DNA from: Alphaproteobacteria bacterium
Lineage (GTDB): Bacteria > Pseudomonadota > Alphaproteobacteria > Caulobacterales > Aquidulcibacteraceae
DNA length: 64,000 nucleotides
Direction of reading: 5' to 3'
NCBI GenBank assembly: GCA_026400735.1
Contig: JAPLOL010000111.1
Location: 1,680 to 65,679 of the forward strand
Shown: piece after piece, positions 62,031-64,000 of the stretch
Layout of the letters: each line of letters opens with the position of its first letter
Numbering within the stretch: position 1 is the first letter of the stretch
Notes under the pieces: model-generated
Database searches by the model: none
The model's input: the letters and a program-made list of their open reading frames with translations, nothing else
Told to the model about the DNA's origin: nothing
Program-made: the position numbers and the translations under genes

Positions 62031-62104
62031 AAACCACTTCCCAAGCGAATGGCCGCAACACGCGCTCATTCAGCCGTCATGCAACGCCGTCTGAGCGAAA
62101 TCAC
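62031..62104 (+). repeat. cassette-array repeat, 3'-truncated (copy 12, second of the tandem pair)
   Basis: The sequence is AAACCACTTCCCAAGCGAATGGCCGCAACACGCGCTCATTCAGCCGTCATGCAACGCCG.... It runs into the stop codon of the FGE gene. Confidence 0.5.
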
Positions 62105-62866
62105 TCATAGGGCTCTCGCCACACGAAATCCGGTTGTGTTGTAACGGTCGTAGTCGAAGCTGGCGGACACGCTCGAAAATGGCAGGTCGTGCGGGAACTC
62201 GCCCCAGGAACCGCCACGCTTAACGCGGGCCGAGCAGATCGGCCTCTCGTCTTGGTAGCAATCTTCTAGTAGCTCCCAAACATTCCCGTGCATGTCGTAG
62301 AGCCCAAACGCATTTGGCTGGAATGAGCCCACGGGCCGCGTCCGCTCTTCAGGGCACCCGTTGAAGTTTGCGCCATTTCGCGCGCGCCGATCGCACACTG
62401 GGTCCTGGTCACCCCAGGAAAACCTCGTCGTCGTGCCCGCACGCGCCGCGTACTCCCATTCCGCCGACGTGAGCAGCCGATAATGCTGGCCGGTGAGCTG
62501 GCTCAGCCACTGCACATATTCTTGCGCTTGGTCCCAGGACACGTCGATCACTGGCCGCCGCCCGCGGCCCCAGCCATGATCGTTCGGATTGGGATTACTG
62601 ACGCAGCCTCCGCCGCGCACGCACGCCTCCCATTCAGCGAACGTCACCTCGTATCTCCCGATTGCGAAATCCGGCACACTCACCCGATTAATGGGGGGCG
62701 TGGCAAAATCCGGGTAAAATCGTCCGGCCATCATGAGTTGGCCGCCAGGAATCGCCACCATTTGGGGACACGCGCGACAATCTCGGAAGAGGTCGCCCGC
62801 GGAACGCGCGGACGATGAGGCGCATGCCGAAAGCAACACCGCTGCAACAAACAGAATTGCTCTCAT
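62105..62866 (-). CDS. formylglycine-generating-enzyme (FGE-sulfatase/SUMF1) domain lipoprotein
   Basis: The ATG at 62866 gives the lipobox MRAILFVAAVLLSAC. It has motifs LLTSAEWEYAARAG, MHGNVWELLEDC, RGGSWG and GFRVAR. Confidence 0.85.
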   Translation of the reverse strand: MRAILFVAAVLLSACASSSARSAGDLFRDCRACPQMVAIPGGQLMMAGRFYPDFATPPINRVSVPDFAIGRYEVTFAEWEACVRGGGCVSNPNPNDHGWGRGRRPVIDVSWDQAQEYVQWLSQLTGQHYRLLTSAEWEYAARAGTTTRFSWGDQDPVCDRRARNGANFNGCPEERTRPVGSFQPNAFGLYDMHGNVWELLEDCYQDERPICSARVKRGGSWGEFPHDLPFSSVSASFDYDRYNTTGFRVARAL

Positions 62867-62885
62867 GGCGCACCCCCTCAACGAG

Positions 62886-62988
62886 ATTCGGATTTGCGAG
62901 TGAGCCTAGGAGCATACGTCAACGGCGCAAGCAGATGCGCGGACGTTGATTTAGCGCACGCAGCAACGGCGTGTTGTCGCCGAACTCG
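62886..62988 (+). repeat. cassette-array repeat, subfamily B (copy 13)
   Basis: The sequence is CGGATTTGCGAGTGAGCCTAGGAGC...GGACGTTGATTTAGCGCACGCAGCAACGGCGTGTTGTCGCCGAACTCGGTC. Confidence 0.7.
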
Positions 62989-63091
62989 GTCCTCCGTAGA
63001 CGGCACAACATGGACACATCCGCGGCAACCATTCCTGCTTCAGTGGTGGGCAGGCATTGGCGTTTGCATTAAGCCCTGAAACGCGGCGCTC

Positions 63092-64000
63092 ATGCGACAC
63101 GTATTGGCAGACATACGCAACGTATTGGCGCCGCGAACGAACTGCAGCCAGGGCTGTGCGATCAGCCAAGGCGGTCCGGGCAGCGGCTCGGGTTTTGTCA
63201 ACGCCGGGGATAGTGCGACGGTCTTCGAAAATGGACGAGCGAAGATCGAACATGCGGGTGGGCGCACAATCTGTCGCATATCGGGAGATTTCCAATCGAT
63301 CGGCGAGGGAACTGTAGTGTTTCCCTCCGCGATCTCCGTAGCAGATGGTGTCTGGCTGTTGGGTCAACCGACTACCAATCGCGCCATACTCTTCGAAGAA
63401 CACGGCTGCTCATCTGTGCAATCAATTGTAGATCGCAACAGCGATCCCGTGTTCACGGATCCGGGCGGGCGAGTCTTCCTCATTGGGCCAGAGCTTCGCG
63501 ACGCTCACACCGGCAGGGTAATTTCCGCCAACCAATGCGACGCTCCTGGCGGGGCCGCAATCGCGAGTTCATCGTCGGTCATGGCAATCGCCTGCGGACG
63601 CGAATTGAACCTTGTCGACATTCGCAACGGCGAGACGCAACGCATAGATGCATTTCGAGATCTCGATGATGTCGTCGTTTCTAGTAACGGTCGGTATTTT
63701 CTCGCGCGATCGCATGGCGCCCTGCACCTTTTTGACCGGGACGGACGGTTCATGCGCACGGCAAATATCGGCTTTGCGCTCGCTCGGCTCACCGGCGTCT
63801 CCGATGACGGCGAGACCGGATACGTCATGATTGGGTCTTCGACAGGGTTGTCGATTTCGCTCCGGACGTTGTTCGCGCCGTCGCGTCAGACAAACCTCGG
63901 TATTTCAATCACGCGCGGGGACGCAGAAGACGAGACAAATCGCATCGTGCTCGATACGCCGGGAAACGTTGCCGTCGTTTGGGACACACGGGGCTGGCGC
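63092..64000 (+). CDS. hypothetical protein, 3' end outside window (possible beta-propeller-like repeats); start uncertain
   Basis: My own translation shows a frame open from the TGA at 63077-63079 to the window end (307 codons). It is absent from the ORF track because it has no stop. Candidate starts are ATG 63092, GTG 63317 and ATG 63581. The sequence includes ...ELNLVDIRNGETQRIDAFRDLDDVVVSSNGRYFLARSHGALHLFDRDGRF...NRIVLDTPGNVAVVWDTRGW. Confidence 0.4.
   Translation, partial: MRHVLADIRNVLAPRTNCSQGCAISQGGPGSGSGFVNAGDSATVFENGRAKIEHAGGRTICRISGDFQSIGEGTVVFPSAISVADGVWLLGQPTTNRAILFEEHGCSSVQSIVDRNSDPVFTDPGGRVFLIGPELRDAHTGRVISANQCDAPGGAAIASSSSVMAIACGRELNLVDIRNGETQRIDAFRDLDDVVVSSNGRYFLARSHGALHLFDRDGRFMRTANIGFALARLTGVSDDGETGYVMIGSSTGLSISLRTLFAPSRQTNLGISITRGDAEDETNRIVLDTPGNVAVVWDTRGWR

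Noticed and set aside
52595-62988. A CRISPR-array interpretation of the repeat family.
   Set aside because: The repeats are about 100 nt rather than 25-40 nt, and they are only 60-90% identical. They are spaced 0.5-1.6 kb apart by protein-coding genes, and no cas genes are present.
62951-63403. The minus-strand 150-aa ORF as a gene.
   Set aside because: Its last roughly 13 codons are made of repeat copy 13, the same ...TTRRCCVR tail seen in the spurious ORF 54538..54948. It also competes with a 307-codon open + frame. The 63.0-63.4 kb stretch remains ambiguous.

Overview
High-GC Alphaproteobacteria-type chromosome segment; this assignment is inferred from synteny (eno-ftsB-pdhA-pdhB(lipoyl)-pdhC-lpdA-lipA, ispDF/dusB-ntrBC-ntrYX-hfq-hflX, mazG, tatD-holB). 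About 52 kb on the left is conserved housekeeping DNA with a few unusual insertions. These are a TIR-TM-2xSH3b protein next to a cysteine-dioxygenase-like cupin, and a pyruvate dehydrogenase operon interleaved with translationally coupled small membrane, MAPEG and GFA genes plus a triplicated membrane-protein gene. From about 52.6 kb to the right edge the character changes. There, 1-3-gene modules (orphan membrane proteins and lipoproteins, SAM-methyltransferase, GFA, homocysteine S-methyltransferase, VOC/glyoxalase, FGE-sulfatase-domain lipoprotein) are each separated by one copy of a roughly 100-nt repeat. All 13 copies lie in the same orientation whatever the gene strand. I consider this repeat-punctuated, cassette-array-like region the most interesting signal. 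It resembles an integron/CALIN-type array or a strand-biased REP/MITE family, but it lacks canonical attC boxes and there is no recombinase in the window. I found no rRNA, tRNA, CRISPR array, transposase or integrase. An open reading frame that runs off the right edge (about 63.09-64.0 kb, + strand) is missing from the supplied ORF track. All calls come from reading the translated ORFs and the DNA by eye; no database search was possible.
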